Shown here: positions 39,322 to 53,056 of the stretch, one piece after another
Position numbering within the stretch: position 1 is the first letter of the stretch
How the letters are laid out: each line of letters begins with the position of its first letter
NCBI GenBank assembly: GCA_044892525.1
Contig: CM097885.1
Location: 162,626,001 to 162,690,000, forward strand
DNA length: 64,000 bases
Reading direction: 5' to 3'
Source of the DNA: Schmidtea polychroa
Lineage: Eukaryota
Program-made: the position numbers and the translations under genes
The notes under the pieces: model-generated
Seen by the model: only the letters and a program-made list of their open reading frames with translations
The model's database searches: none
Told to the model about the DNA's origin: nothing

Positions 39322-39925
39322 TTATATCTTCTCTAATTCTATTGTGATATTATCGACCGATTTCATCTCTTTTAGTTTTTCACTTGGATATACTGGTGCT
39401 GTTGGTCTAAATGTCGGGGTGTACCATCTACTAAGAGTATCAATCCCGCTTAATTTTGGCATTGGTTCAAGCAAGAACCTGGACTCTGGCTCTACTTTAC
39501 TCTTTATTACACTTTTTCGAAAGCATTTATGCTCCGATTCCCCGTTGTTGTTATCATCATTATGATCGTCGTTTTTATCTTCCGACTGACACGTAGATTC
39601 TTCACTTTTCCGGCCATTTCTTAATTGTGCCCTTACTCTTGCCATTTCTTTAAATTGATGATCTGTAATAAAGAATCTAGCCAACAATGGAATACAACCA
39701 ATAATTAATTTCCATGACCATCCCGATATTGCATATATTCGATGTACTGACAACATTTGCGACACTACCACCTTTGCCGTTATTACAATCACGTAAATTC
39801 CAATTAAACCTGCACATGCTTGTCCCAAAAACATGAACTTGCCCCAAATCTTTTCCATCGTTTTATACGTAGCTCGTTTGAAATGATCAGGTGTTAGCAA
39901 ATTTTCGTAATTTACTGTTCCTTCT
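39322..39925 (-). pseudogene. C-terminal (TM + tail) remnant of the chuvirus-like env
   Basis: YENLLTPDHFKRATYKTMEKIWGKFMFLGQACAGLIGIYVIVITAK aligns with NFDVLLSKEHFKKVVYRVLYSIWGHFAIL..ILGIYYTLALLK of element 1. In frame with PR across one TAA. Confidence 0.8.
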
Positions 39926-40490
39926 TACGACTCTGATTTCGACTGTGTGCTTTTTAAATTTAGCTCAATTTTCATTGCCTTTTTAATCTCCACCGTACTG
40001 ATCTACAGGTAGTTTTTGACAACTCGCATAATCATTGCCTTCCTTGCCGTTGGCCACCGTGGACACAGGTGTTTCGTCATTGTTATTTGTATTATTGGTT
40101 AGTCTTTGGGTACTCATTAAATTCTCTATTAGTGTTTGGCTTCTCAATTTATAAAATGATCGGGTCAACACAGGCTTTACTCGTCTAAAATTCAAAGTGT
40201 TACAATTACAAAATTTACCTTTCGTTTTAATTTTGACTTTTCAACAATCAATCGTTACAAATTTTCCCACTTTGCTTCAATAATAAATTCACCACTTTAA
40301 TAATTCTCGAATAATGTTCACCACTTTCAAATAAACGTTTCACTTCAATATTTGTTTATTTAATTATTATTATCTTTTTCCAATTTTTTTTTTGATACTT
40401 TACCAATCTCAACAAATTTTCACCGATCTTTTCATTCTTCGGTATCACTCAAATATTATCACAATTTCAACAAATCTTCACCGACTTTTG

Positions 40491-40508
40491 ATCACGTCGG
40501 GCTCACCA
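40491..40508 (-). promoter_or_regulatory. Primer-binding site, tRNA-Trp-like
   Basis: TGGTGAGCCCGACGTGAT lies 4 nt after the 5' LTR. It differs by one base from the classic tRNA-Trp PBS TGGTGACCCCGACGTGAT. Confidence 0.88.
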
Positions 40509-40512
40509 AATA

Positions 40513-41189
40513 TGTTGGGTTTTTAATGTAAGTCGGTATCACAGTCTGACTCCTTTGTGTTCTTTATCAAAATCAAGATAACCCAACACAATAATTTTAT
40601 TCAAGACTAATACAAGTACACTTGTTGATTACACTCTTTATTGAACAATTTCAATCTTTAATAACTCTGATCTGCACTTTTCAATGATACAATAAATCTC
40701 AAATTATCACAACTGCTAAATCCTTTTACTCACTCGTTTAATCCTACTAACTTTTCTTCGACCAACTGGCATTTTGTTTTCTTGCCAGTTGCTTTTATAC
40801 TCCCTTGGTAATTGACTTTATTTTTGCCAATTATTTTTGGTCTTATTTCCCCCGGGCTTCCTCTTGGAGGTCTAATTCAATTGAAGGGAATTTGCTCATT
40901 TTCTTTGACGGCGCTTATTACTTTTTATCCGGCTAAATTAATTGCCTTCCCAAAATTGGATTTCTCAATTCGCTCGGGTTTTCCATTGTATCGGGTTTCC
41001 CATTAGCTCGGGTTTTCCATTAGTTAATTAATTTTTAATTAATTTTTGTTTTTTGTAATTTATTCCTTTTAGGGACCCCCCATTGATTTTATTTTATTAT
41101 TATAATAATAATAATAATTTTTATTTTGAATTTGGTGTTTTTGTCAATTTTCACCTCATTTTTGTGCCTCTCTTTGTTGAACCCCAACA
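40513..41189 (-). repeat. 5' LTR of element 2 (677 bp)
   Basis: TG...CA termini, adjacent PBS, paired with 28916-29701. Confidence 0.95.
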
Positions 41190-41353
41190 ATTTTGATAGA
41201 TGTTTTAAATATTTTCTTATTATTAATTTGAAGTTCATTCGGTTCAAGTAATTCTAGCTGATATCATAAATATATAAATTTAAGAATTTCAACTGAATTT
41301 TGATATATTTGAATAAAAAAAAACTAGTTTCGTTAGGATTTACCTGCCCTACG

Positions 41354-42180
41354 ATGATGCCTGTTAAGAAAAAAAGAAAATGTATTTCATTAGAAACCAA
41401 AATTAAAATTTTAAACTGTATTGAAAATGGAGAGGGTTCTACGAGCCTTGGTAAAAGTTTTGATGTGAATGAAGCTACGATACGCACTATAAAGAGAAAT
41501 GAAAGTATTATCCGAAGATCTGTGATGATCGGAACTAAACTATCTTCCAAGTACTCCTCATAAACAAGATGTAGCGTTATGGAAAAAAACAGAAAAGGCA
41601 TTGGCTGTATGGATAGAAGACAACAACCAAAAACGAGTTCCATTGGATGGAAATACAATCAAGCAGAAAGCATTACATATATATGAGAAGATTGAACAAT
41701 TGCAACCATCTGATTCAACGCAGGCCAAGAAAACTGTTTTTTCTGCAAGTACAGGATGGCTAAGAGCATTTCTAAACAGAAACTCGTGCAAATTAAGGGG
41801 GAAATTGGCTCAGCCAACGAGAAATCTGCTAAAGAATTCCCCGAAAAGTTAGCCAGAATAATTGAATAAGGTGGATACACTCCAGACCAAGTTTTTAATG
41901 CAGATGAAACTGGTCTTTTTTGGAAGAAAATGCCAAAAAGAACATATGTGGCTAGATCTGAAAAAGTCGACAGTGGATTTAAAGCAGCTAAAGAACGTAT
42001 TACTTTATTATTTTGCAGCAATGCTTCAGGGGATCGGCAGTTAAAACCTCTATTTATTAATAAAACTTTGAGACCACGTGCAATGAAAAATAAAAACGTA
42101 AAAACCTTGCCTGTTCATTGAATGGCCAATAACAAAGCATGGGTAACATCATTAGTTTTTACAGAATGGTTCTACGAAAA
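41354..42180 (+). pseudogene. Tigger transposase, 5' half (continuation of the element starting at 28735)
   Basis: KRKCISLETKIKIL HTH, WIED..KQKALHIY, ASTGWL, VFNADETGLFWKKMP, RITLLFCSNASG, NNKAWVT. Truncated at ~42180, with subterminal TTTACACG repeats to ~42290. Confidence 0.92.
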
Positions 42181-44519
42181 TACTTTTTTTTCTTTGTTAG
42201 TAATTTTTTTACATTATTTTTAACACGGTTTGTTTTACACGATTTATTTAAATTTACACGATTTTTTTTACACGGTACCTATCCACCTATCCATACCTAT
42301 CCATGTGGTGCAATTGACATTTCTAAAAATAATTAATTTGCCAATGAATGGCCAATTGAACATAATTTTTTTTAAACCTAATTTATTTTATCGATATCTG
42401 ATTTTATTTTAGTTTGTCTAATTAAAATCGGACTAATTTAATTAATGATACTCTGGATAGATATTGTTAGTTTAGATGAAATTGTAGAAACAAAAAGTAT
42501 CGTGGAAAAAATACGTTGTATGACCGTTTTTATCAAGTGGTGGGTTTCAAATAATCAACATTTTACCTCGTTGTGCTGTTTCCAGCGTAACCAGGAATAC
42601 ATACATTCGACCGCTTGGTGCCCGTTGAGCAATCAACGTTGGTACTGTACAAAGGGTTTGAATACCAGCAAAAAGTGGGTATGCTTGGCCTACTATAATT
42701 GTCCAGTACTCACTTTGGTCCACGGACTGCCGATAGAAGGCCAATGTCCGATTTTCTCGGTCCCTTAAATTTCAGATTGTGTGGCCGAATGATCAAATTT
42801 TATCACAATTCATGCAAATATACGATTTAACATAACCATAAACATAAATTTAATTTTTAATAATACATACGATAACAAATGTTTATTGTACATCATTAGA
42901 CTCTATTGGGGCCGTTACTGGAAGTCCTGGAGTAATTGGCACGTGGGCTAATTTCGCCTGTCGTTGCCTGACTGGTGCTGATTTAGCTAGACGTATCTTT
43001 TTCCGAGGTGCAACAGGAGGTTTAGAATCGCTGGGTTTGTCGATCAGCTCTGACAGAGGCTATTGATTGTTATTTAAACGACAAAATTTATACAGTCCCA
43101 CAATTCAGAATAATGTCTAAAAATCATCAACCGTACAGCATAAAAAACCATAAAACTGCAATCAATTGCAACAACGACAAACGTAATTGGGTAGCAAAAA
43201 ATAAAAGTTTTGCATATGGGCACTATCTGGAGGATGATACTTTTATAGATACAGGCGGTCCAGATGTCTCCAGATGCTGATGATTTTGAAGATTCTGAAG
43301 ATCAAGAATCGCTAACATTGAATCGATATTTACAACGGAGAGGGCAGGAATTGCGCGATCAACCGTCAGAAACAAACTGATAAATTTTGAGTAAAATTAT
43401 TATTATTATAATTATTATTATTATTATTTTTATTAATAATTATTATTCTTATAGAATCCTGTAAAGAGAAATCGAAAAGAAAATACAAAGATTATTGATT
43501 GAAAAATTGATTGACAATTATAATAAAAAATTGATTTTTTTAAAAATAAATTCTTTTATTTTTTATTCAATTTTATTTTTAAATTTTATTAAAAATTTTT
43601 ATTTTTAAAGTATNNNNNNNNNNNNNNNNNNNNNNNNNNNNNNNNNNNNNNNNNNNNNNNNNNNNNNNNNNNNNNNNNNNNNNNNNNNNNNNNNNNNNNN
43701 NNNNNNNNNNNNNNNNNNNNNNNNNNNNNNNNNNNNNNNNNNNNNNNNNNNNNNNNNNNNNNNNNNNNNNNNNNNNNNNNNNNNNNNNNNNNNCACATGA
43801 ATTGAAAGGTCTTTGTTAATATTGTTAAGATTGTTAAAACTGCATTGTTTTTGTTAATATTACTTTCAATTTGTTAACACATATATCGACAATAATATTA
43901 AGTTGTAGTAATTTAGACTATGGTTAGACGGGGGTTATATTCATATTCACTCTAATTTCTAATGGTTTAAATTAGCAAAGATATATAGTAGTTCGATACA
44001 TACCTAAACCAACACATTTAGCAAATCCGGGATACATTATATCCAAAAACGAATTTTAACTCACAAAAGTTATACATTCACAATGGTCAGTTATAATTAT
44101 TACAGATTTAATTATTTAAAATTTCAAAAATCTAGTTGTTTAAACTAGTCAATAAAATCACTCAATTAAATAAACATTTGATTATTCTTTTATTAAAGAA
44201 AACTAAGACCCAACAAAATAAATTCTGCTATTAGAATCCAATGTGAGGAGGTGAGTTGCCACGTGTCGGTATTGTATTGCAATCCCTAACCGCAGTGGTT
44301 GTAAGTGGCAAAGTTCAACCAAAACTACCAGGTAATTTATTTTTTAGATTTTTAAATTGTTTAATTTTAGAAATTAATCCCTCAAAAATTTGATTTAAAA
44401 AATTAGAATTTGTTCGCATAGTATCTTTAAAGTATTGACGTTTATACAGTGACAGCATTTAGCATGCTAATTTATTTATTTTAAATTTGTCTAATTCGAA
44501 TTTGATATTATCTACAAGA

Positions 44520-44830
44520 AAATTTCGTGGCCACAATATTTGATTCTTATGTTCGTGGATGTAGAAGATGAGAAGAGACAACTGTATGGTGCGATTAATG
44601 GATATTTAAATTCATTGGACAAAAAATTATATTTGCAACAATGTTTTTGGAAAAGCGAAACGCCTCAATCTTTATAAGATACCTCAGAATACTTCAAATA
44701 TACATATTGGCTTTAACAACAGCGGTATTAAATGGTCAACCAAATGAAACGGCAATGATTAAAACTATCATTCCTGATGCAAAGAGAGGCAGAGGTAGAC
44801 CAAAACGCAAAAAACATGAAATGGATAAGC
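44520..44830 (+). pseudogene. Possible decayed MULE/SWIM-type transposase C-terminus
   Basis: F..IFDSY..W followed by IPDAKRGRGRPKRK, a typical tail. The SWIM cysteines are not recognisable. Confidence 0.3.
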
Positions 44831-46154
44831 TGAAAAATAAAATACTTTTTTTGTTGTTTTTTTTGAAAAATTTTTTTTTGAAGTTTTTTTAGTTTAAAAA
44901 AATTAAATTAGACAATTAAAAAATATATTTGGTTTATTAAAATTAAATTGGTAAATAAATTAATTTTGAAATAAAAAGATTTAATGGTAAAAAAATTAAA
45001 TTAGATAGTTAAAAAAATAATCCTGTTTAATATTAAATTAACTTAAATATCTAAAACAAATTATAAATTAATTAAATGATTTTAAATATCGTTCATATTT
45101 ATAATAATTACAAAATGTAATTTGTCAAAACGGCTTTTCTTATTATTCATTTTATATTAAATTTAGTTTCTATCTCTTATGAATGATTCCGAAGCAGCAC
45201 ACTATAAGCATTTGAATATTTATACTAATTTATAATTAAATTTAGTTCAACAATATCGAAACAAATTTATAGCAAGTGTTTCAGTAATTTTTAATCAAGC
45301 TGCAAAATTTTTGTCTGAATACAAACTGCAATTATCTTCTCAATTGAAATTATCGAAATTCTAATTAACAAATTCCTCTTCAATGAATTCCCATTTACTT
45401 GAAAGCATTTCACTAACTTCATTCCATTATCATATTAGGAATTATGAGAAGCAGTTATCACAATTCCAACTGATTTATAAATTGATCTCATTACAGGAAG
45501 AAAGCTCAATCGAACAGTAAATTCATTTAAATATTTTGATTTCATTTAATAACTTGCTGCTAACATCAGTTGCTGGAAAATATTCAGAACATGTATAGGA
45601 TAATAACAATTTACCAAACTTATAAAAACATCACAATTCAGCTTATTCCTTATTTGAAAAATACTTTTGACATGAGTCTCATACGACAAAATTAAATAAA
45701 CAGATTTTAATCTCATCTCGGATTTTTTTCAAAGTTGGTAGACTATCATTTTTAACGAGTTCTACATTACTATTTTATCTGAATCATTGGAATTTGTTAC
45801 CAGATAAAATAAAAAATAAGGTTTTTTAAATATTCATTTGGATAAATAAACTGAAACCGAGAATTAGAAGTAAAAGCCACATAGTGAATTCGGAATGGTT
45901 TGAACCTATGACAAGGTTCCCAATTATCAAATCTTAGAACAGTTAGGTCACAAGATTGATAGTAGTGGAGATAAATTGTTCGTTGAAACATTATGGTAGA
46001 GTAGAATATTTGCTAGACAAAGTATATAGAAAATATTAAATTGTGGATGGCCGAAAATTGTGAAAAAAGAATGAGTGATATGTCAAAATAGAAGAGCGAA
46101 ACAAATTACATAGATAATGGTACTATGCTGTGATGCTCATTATTTTTATCATAT

Positions 46155-48663
46155 TGTTGGGCTGAAAAGAAATCAACATAAGCAAAAATTAAAAGGGAAA
46201 AACACTAAGAAATAATACAAAAATCATAAATAAATTAAAAACCAAGACAAACAAACATTAGAAATAAATAATAACAAATTGGCTAGAGAGAATTAAAACA
46301 AAAAAAATAAAAAATCAGGATAAAAAGACCGAGAAAAATAGTAAAACAATGTAAAAATTAAATGATTAATAAGAAAAATAATAAAAAATAAAGAAACACT
46401 AAGAAAACCAACAAAAAACAAAGAAATCGAATTAAAAATAAATAATGAAACAGCGCCCAATTTTGATTGGTCCGCACAAACACAAAATTAAGTATATAAG
46501 GGAGACACTGAAATAAAATTTTCAATGTTAATCCAATCAAGGAAACAAATCACTCGGAGATCTATTTTTCATCGTGTACATTCATGTATCATTCACAGAG
46601 TGTTAATCCAACCATTTTTAAGACACAGTTATACAGCATTTTCAAGGAACTCAAGGAATAATTCAAGGAACTTTCAAGGAAACAAATCACTCGGAGATCT
46701 ATTTTTCATCACGCAGGGAAACAATTGTTGAGAAACTAAGTAAAATTTTGTTTGTATTTATATGAATGATCTATGAAATAAATACTTAGGTTAAATATTT
46801 TGATATGATTAGTATGGAAGTTTTCTTAAATTAAATGATTTTAAAAAATGTTTTCCTTACTTGCCATTTGATTAATTTAAAGTTTTTATGAATTAGATAA
46901 ATTTTATGTTATAGATAATGCTTATGATTTTTCGATATTTAAATAAGACCATGTTTTATGAAATTTTAACGCATTCCGCGAAGCTGAGGTTCAGCTGGCC
47001 ACAGCTCGAGGGACACTGGTTGTTCCTCTTGCCAGAAGGTCGGATGTTACATCAGCAGCGCAGTGGTTGGGATCGGGTCATAGTGGGGGTTTCCTCACTG
47101 ATCTGTCCCCACAGGAACGAAAATAAGACTCAGAACAATAAAGTAAAAGATGTTTGGACTAAAATCAGCATGAATTTGTAAAACGTAGTTCGAGAGTCTT
47201 CGCAATGACTAAAGTGGCTGACATATCGCTCGTTTTGTGTTACCCCAGAAATTTATAATTCTCGACTTTCACCTGTCGTCGTTATAATCGTCTAAAATCG
47301 CGTTTACCGTCAGTTCGTGCTCGCAGAAATTCCGGTACAAGATTTTTCGAACTTTATCGGTAAGAACCCTCGTCATCACAGAACGATAAAAATTCTAAAT
47401 ACGACAAACAGTGTTACTTTGGTAAAAATTGCTTTTCTAATAAATCCCGTCACAACGAACTTGAGAATTTCCAACTAAAATAGTTTTGCCTCGTTAGACT
47501 CATCTCGAGGAACAATCCGAGCCGGAAAAACGGTAGAATTTTCATATCTCAGTACGACTAAACTCACCTCGCCAGGAAAAACGAGTTTCTAATAGTTAAA
47601 GTTGTACTTTTATCCAATTATTACCGTGATTGAGTCTAATTTTTAGGCGATGTGAACGCCATGAGAGTCGATCTTATCGTTAACGTTGATAACTCCTTTT
47701 TACCATTGCCCATCCGGTCACAACACTACTCTCACCTGTGGCTGGGAACTTACACCCGCAAATCTTCGCTTCAAATAATAACCACGCACCAAGATACATG
47801 TAAATAACACTGCACAGATCAACAGTCGAATTCGCACGAGCTAATTGGAACCAGATAATCAGTTATATGTATTCTATTCGATCTAATCGCGCCTGACTTC
47901 ACATAAAATCAAAATAGACACTCGGTGGTATTTCATAGATAAGTATACCTTCTAGGGCCGAGCGAACGAAGAGAAGGAGAGCTCCCAGGCTGAGAGAGAT
48001 GCGACTTTGATCGCCTCTGCTAAACACCAAGCTCCTGTACCTTCAGCGGAAGTTTTACCTCACTCTCCTCCTGCGTTCAGAGTAATACCATCCACAAGCA
48101 CCACCTGGGAGGAAGATGCCCCAGACTTCTTTGATCTCGATGAGATCTTTTCTGAGACATCGCCCAACACCTTGTGATTATGTCGTTTGTCGTAGTACAC
48201 AAATATAATTGTCGTGTGTTATTGATTAATATTAAATAATTGCGAATGATCGGTTGATGTTGATCTATTAATGAAAAATGCGGTGGTAAATGAAGGGGTG
48301 ATGAGAACGTCGTGAATCTTTGTTTTGTGTGTTAGACAGAGGTCGTTTTAGTGAGTAGGGTATCATAGTGGAGATTGTTCGATGATGGGAATGATGCGCG
48401 CAATCCTTGAACGATGAAAATGACGTAAGTCCTTCTAACGGCAGTCGAGTGTTAGTTAAGTCAAGTTGGGATGAAGGAGTAGTCCTAAGACAGGGGCTCA
48501 CCTGCTTCATCGTAGCTCGCCGACATGGCACATCACCAACATGATGCGAATCATGGGTGTCATGGTTAAGGGTCCCTTGGAACGATGGCATGCCGTATGC
48601 GCGTCAAGGGCTATCATCTCCTAGTAGTTGAAAATGTCTTATGACCCGACCCAAGGCCCAGCA
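46155..48663 (+). mobile_element. Long solo-LTR-like element, copy 2
   Basis: TGTTGGGC / GCCCAGCA termini with 4-bp TSD ATAT (46151-46154, 48664-48667). Homologous to 9031-11850. Internal CAAGGAA(ACAAATCACTCGGAGATCT) repeats at 46538-46710. Confidence 0.87.
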
Positions 48664-48827
48664 ATATGGTACTTAAGGTTAAATGCGTGTTTTGTTGATT
48701 TTTTAGTATTATTGTTATTATTATCGTTTTTACATAAAAATTAAAACTTTACTAACGTCATTAATCCAACTTTTTTGTCCGTTTCATTTTGAATTTTGTG
48801 TTTCACTTTAAATTTGAAGAAGAAAAA

Positions 48828-48866
<39 letters not shown>

Positions 48867-49060
48867 TGAAAATTATTTAATCAATTTTAAAATTTATCAA
48901 GTGACTATTTGTGACGAATTGCGTCTAATCATTAATATTATTTGTAAATTAATTATTTTTGTGGGGTTTATTTTAATTTAATATATAAGGAAAGTGTGAA
49001 GAAACTACAAGCAAGCTTGTTGAAAGTTCTCGTTTATTAGAATTAGTCTCAGATGCCAGC

Positions 49061-51040
49061 GTGTTAGAGGAGAAATGTATCTGTGTAGATGGCTACCGAA
49101 TCGACCTGCCAAATTGTTGGAAAACCGAGCAACTTGAATATTTTAGTCAATTTTATCCTTGGTTAAAAATATCAAATGGTTTGTTAGGATGTAATGTTTG
49201 TTCTAAATTTAGTTCGATTTGTACTAACAAAGAGATTGGTTGTCATCTTGCATCACAGTGAGTACAAACTCAAGTCAAGGCTGCTGGCGAAGAAAAATAT
49301 GTTCAACAAGCTTCTCTACGGAAAAAACTGCACCAGCATGACAAATCAATCGCTCATAATAAATCGGTTGAAAATTTGAAAGCAGCAGAATTGAGACTAT
49401 TGTTGACAAACTTAATTCAAAACCAGTGGACGCAACTGCTCGTGTGTTTAATTGTGTATACAGTTTAGCTAAACGAAATCCTCCCATGTCTGATTAAGTT
49501 GACGAAATTGATCTGCAAGTGAAAATGTTATTGACTGTGTTGACTCCATTCTCGATACAGTGCTCTAAAAATAGTTCATCATATTTCTGAACAAATGCGT
49601 TAAACTATTTTTAGTAAAATTATCGAAAATCAGTCAAAAATTTGCATCATATTGGAAGAGGCTACAACAGTTTCAAAACCATCAACTTTAATCGTTTATT
49701 TGCGGTGTGAAATATTGAGAGCTGAGGAACCGGTAAATATATTCGTTGATTTAGTTGAATTAGAATCCACAAAGGCTGAAAGCATTGTCAATGCGTTGCT
49801 TGTTTGTCTGAAGAAATGGAGTTTTGATGACACCTATCTTAAGGAAAATTTGATGGGTCCAAAACAATTCTGGAAGTAAAGCTGTAGTTGTTTCTCGGCT
49901 TTCAGATATATATCCAAACATAACCATTTGGCACTGCTAATGCCACAGAGTGCAGTTAGCATTGGATGATGCAATCAAAAACATTTCAAGAGTTAATCAT
50001 TTTAAAATTTTTCTTGAAAGATTGTATATAAATCTAGTGGAGCTTAACGAAATTGCAAAAGATCTTGGTTTAGAAATTCAAAGGATCGGTTGTGTTCTCG
50101 GACCTCGTTGGGTTGCGTGCAGCCTACATGCAGAAAAAGCAGTGTGGGATGCATATCCGGTTTTATACAAACAATTTTCAAGTGTTGCGGACATGAAAAG
50201 TTTGTAGGAAAAAATGAAAAAAAATCATCGACATTTTGCAGGAAATAACATATTTAAGCGAGGATTTACAAAGTCGCAGTATTTCCATAGGAGCTGCGAA
50301 TCGTTTGATAACCAGAACAATAGAAACGCTTTGTATGATGAAAAAAATGCGGAAATTTTAAAAACAATGTGCAAGAAACTATTGAGTCGGAACTGTTTAT
50401 AAATATTCCATTCGAAATTATAATAGTACTAGAAAACAATCTTTACCACGTGCGCAGCTTTATAAGAGCGTGATAAGCAACATGCAAACCAGGCTAATGT
50501 CTACAGAACATACAAACCAGATGGCAGCAGCAGTTATAGATGCAAATGCTGCACAATATACGCATCTAATATCTTTTTTTGATTTGCTCGAATCTAAAAA
50601 ATGGCCAAACAATATTACGGCGCCTTGGCTAGATGGTGAAAGACAACTTAACGATTTAAGCAAACAACTAAAATATTATATTCCAACTAAAGATTTTCGA
50701 GTTTTTATTGACAACATGAATAGTGAACCTCCAGAATCAATTAAGAGGGCAAAAAAATAATCAAGACTATTGCTGTTATTAGTGCCGAGGCTGAACGTGG
50801 CTTTAGTATAATGAACGATATTTCGAAGAATGAGAGAAACAAATTGTTGGTGACAAATTTATTGTGCCTGATGAGCATAATAAATTTGGGCATCCCTGTA
50901 ACTGCTTTTGATTTGGTACCTTATGTAAAAACCTGGTTGAGAGGGCATAAGGACGCAAATAATAAAAAATAAAAAATAAAAAAAGGGTATTTAGAAAATA
51001 TTTATTAAACGAAAAGGAATTGTGGAAATTAGCGTAGTCG
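49061..51040 (+). pseudogene. Decayed hAT transposase (KIAA1586/ZNF862-like)
   Basis: YPWLKISNGLLGCNVC, ILEEATTVS, HRVQLALDDA, GPRWVACS, and the hATC-type SAEAERGFS. Many stops and frameshifts. Confidence 0.85.
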
Positions 51041-52479
51041 ATTTATTTACACTCAAATTAATTCTGTTATAACTACTGCTGCGTCAATAATAAAAATTGA
51101 ATTTAATTTTGCTTATTTGTTTATGTACTAAAAAGACTATTCTAAAGACTTTAAATATAAAATTAATACTGTGAAGTTAACAATAACTTCGTGTAAGGTG
51201 GAAATTCAAACTCATCTAATGCGTGTGGTGGATCAAAAGAACCTACAGTATATTTATTGATTGATTTAGATGCCCGAAGAAAATATAATTTTATATAAAT
51301 CACTTCTTGTTTGCATTATTTTGAGACCGAGTTTATTTTTCATTAACTATGTGGTGAAATACGTTACGCCCAATTTGTTGGAAAATCTGGAAAATTGTAA
51401 ACACGCTAAGTGATCGTTTATCTTTGAATTGCTGATCATAATTCAGAATTAGCCATTTAGAGGTTTTACTCAAGGTTATTACAGATTTGTGCAGCGTTCA
51501 ATGTCAACATTCTGCTACTGTTTATTCTATCAGAAATTTGGTGAATTCATTAATGGTGGTTACCGGATGTTCCTTGTTACAAACAGTGTTCGCGCGACAA
51601 ATTATCAACTAGTGGGATGTTTATGGAGATTTACTTCACTCGGCATCACTATTTACGATGATTAATATACAACTGCAGTCGGGTCGAACGATTATACGAT
51701 GACAGGATGTTATGCATGCGATTCGATGATCGTAAAATTTATGATTAAATCTTATCGAATTTAGATGAACATGACAAACGCGTCAACCCATCTCATAAAC
51801 ATCAAAATATTTAAATATATATCAATGTAAATCTTTACGAATTATCAAAGTTAAATGAAATCTTACCCCGCGGCCATATCCCTTGTTGTCTACACGTGAT
51901 CATCTCAGTTTCAATTGTAATCAACACACATACATATCATTTAATGCCATTCTCCTTCATTTGGCACATCCAATTTCCGAGCATTCATTGTGATTTTCAC
52001 GATACTATCTCATCTGGATCCCTTCCTCAGTCATTATGCATATTCAATCTCATTTTAATGGAATTCCGAGGATCACGCGCAGACATCCAAGCGATACCGA
52101 CACTGGATTCGTGAAGAGAAAAACAATTCGAGTGCTTTATCTCAATATGATATTTAAATTATAACAATTGGTATACAATAATAATCATTGTAAAGGTAAT
52201 AAATATAAAATTTTACTTTTCTTCTTTATCCTTTGTCAGTAAAATTTCAATGGCTCACTCGGAGTTACGAGAATTTATTCTTGGTAATATATTTTAGATC
52301 AGTTGAAAATTAGTTTCTGCTAAAGTATTATCGAATTGTTGATAGCTTTCTGTAATATGAGTTCCGGTAATGTTCCTAAGTCGTCCCTGTACGAATTTTT
52401 TAGAAGTTTACAATATAATTTTAAAATTTTTTCCTGCACGAATTTTTAGAAGTTAAAAGAATCATCCAAGTGTCTACCT

Positions 52480-53056
52480 TATATATAATTTTCCGTCGAA
52501 TCAGGACTTAGTTTGTGTTTTAGTTTTAATATTTTTTTTAGTGTTTTTAACTGTTTTTTCTTGAATTATTTATTTGTTTTATTTTAATAATTTACTCAAT
52601 CGTCTGATTTATATATTCTCTTATTTTTGCTAATTTCTGTTGGATGTTCTGCTTGTAATTCGCTGTTTCTCACTTTTTCCACATTTTATTTATAATTTTA
52701 TGATAGATTTTATTTCTTTGTTTTATTTTTTAATATCCTGTTATTTTATTTTTATTTTACCTAATTATTTTCTTCTGCCTATTTTATGGTGGTGTATTTA
52801 TTTGTTGGCACTCGTATTTTCACTATGTTCTGGTTTTAATAACTTTCTTATTTTTTGGTTATTTTCTCTTTTTATTAATTATTTTTCTACACTTGGATGA
52901 TTCGCTTCCTTTTTATTGTACAGGATTTTTTTTCTTTACTCGTTTATTAAAAGATTTTACTGATTAGCTTATCCACCGAGATTTTTTAAGTAATTTATCG
53001 AAGGAGTTTTACTAATTTATTATTTTATTCCAATTTTCGTAACTCTGAGCCCAACA
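52480..53056 (-). mobile_element. 5' part of another TGTTGGG long-LTR-family copy
   Basis: Minus strand begins TGTTGGGCTC at 53056, followed by the same A-rich tract. The other end was not found. Confidence 0.45.

Larger units (their letters stand above)
28916..41189 (-). mobile_element. Ty3/Gypsy LTR retrotransposon (element 2), two LTRs, gag deleted
   Basis: Direct LTRs 28916-29701 and 40513-41189 (TGTTGGG..CCCAACA), 4-bp TSD ATTT, PBS and PPT in the correct positions, and pol domains. Three N-gaps lie inside. Confidence 0.93.

Noticed and set aside
42445-43390. GC-richer patches resembling small host exons with very short introns
   Set aside because: Candidate exons fall on opposite strands, give no coherent gene model and match no domain I recognise.
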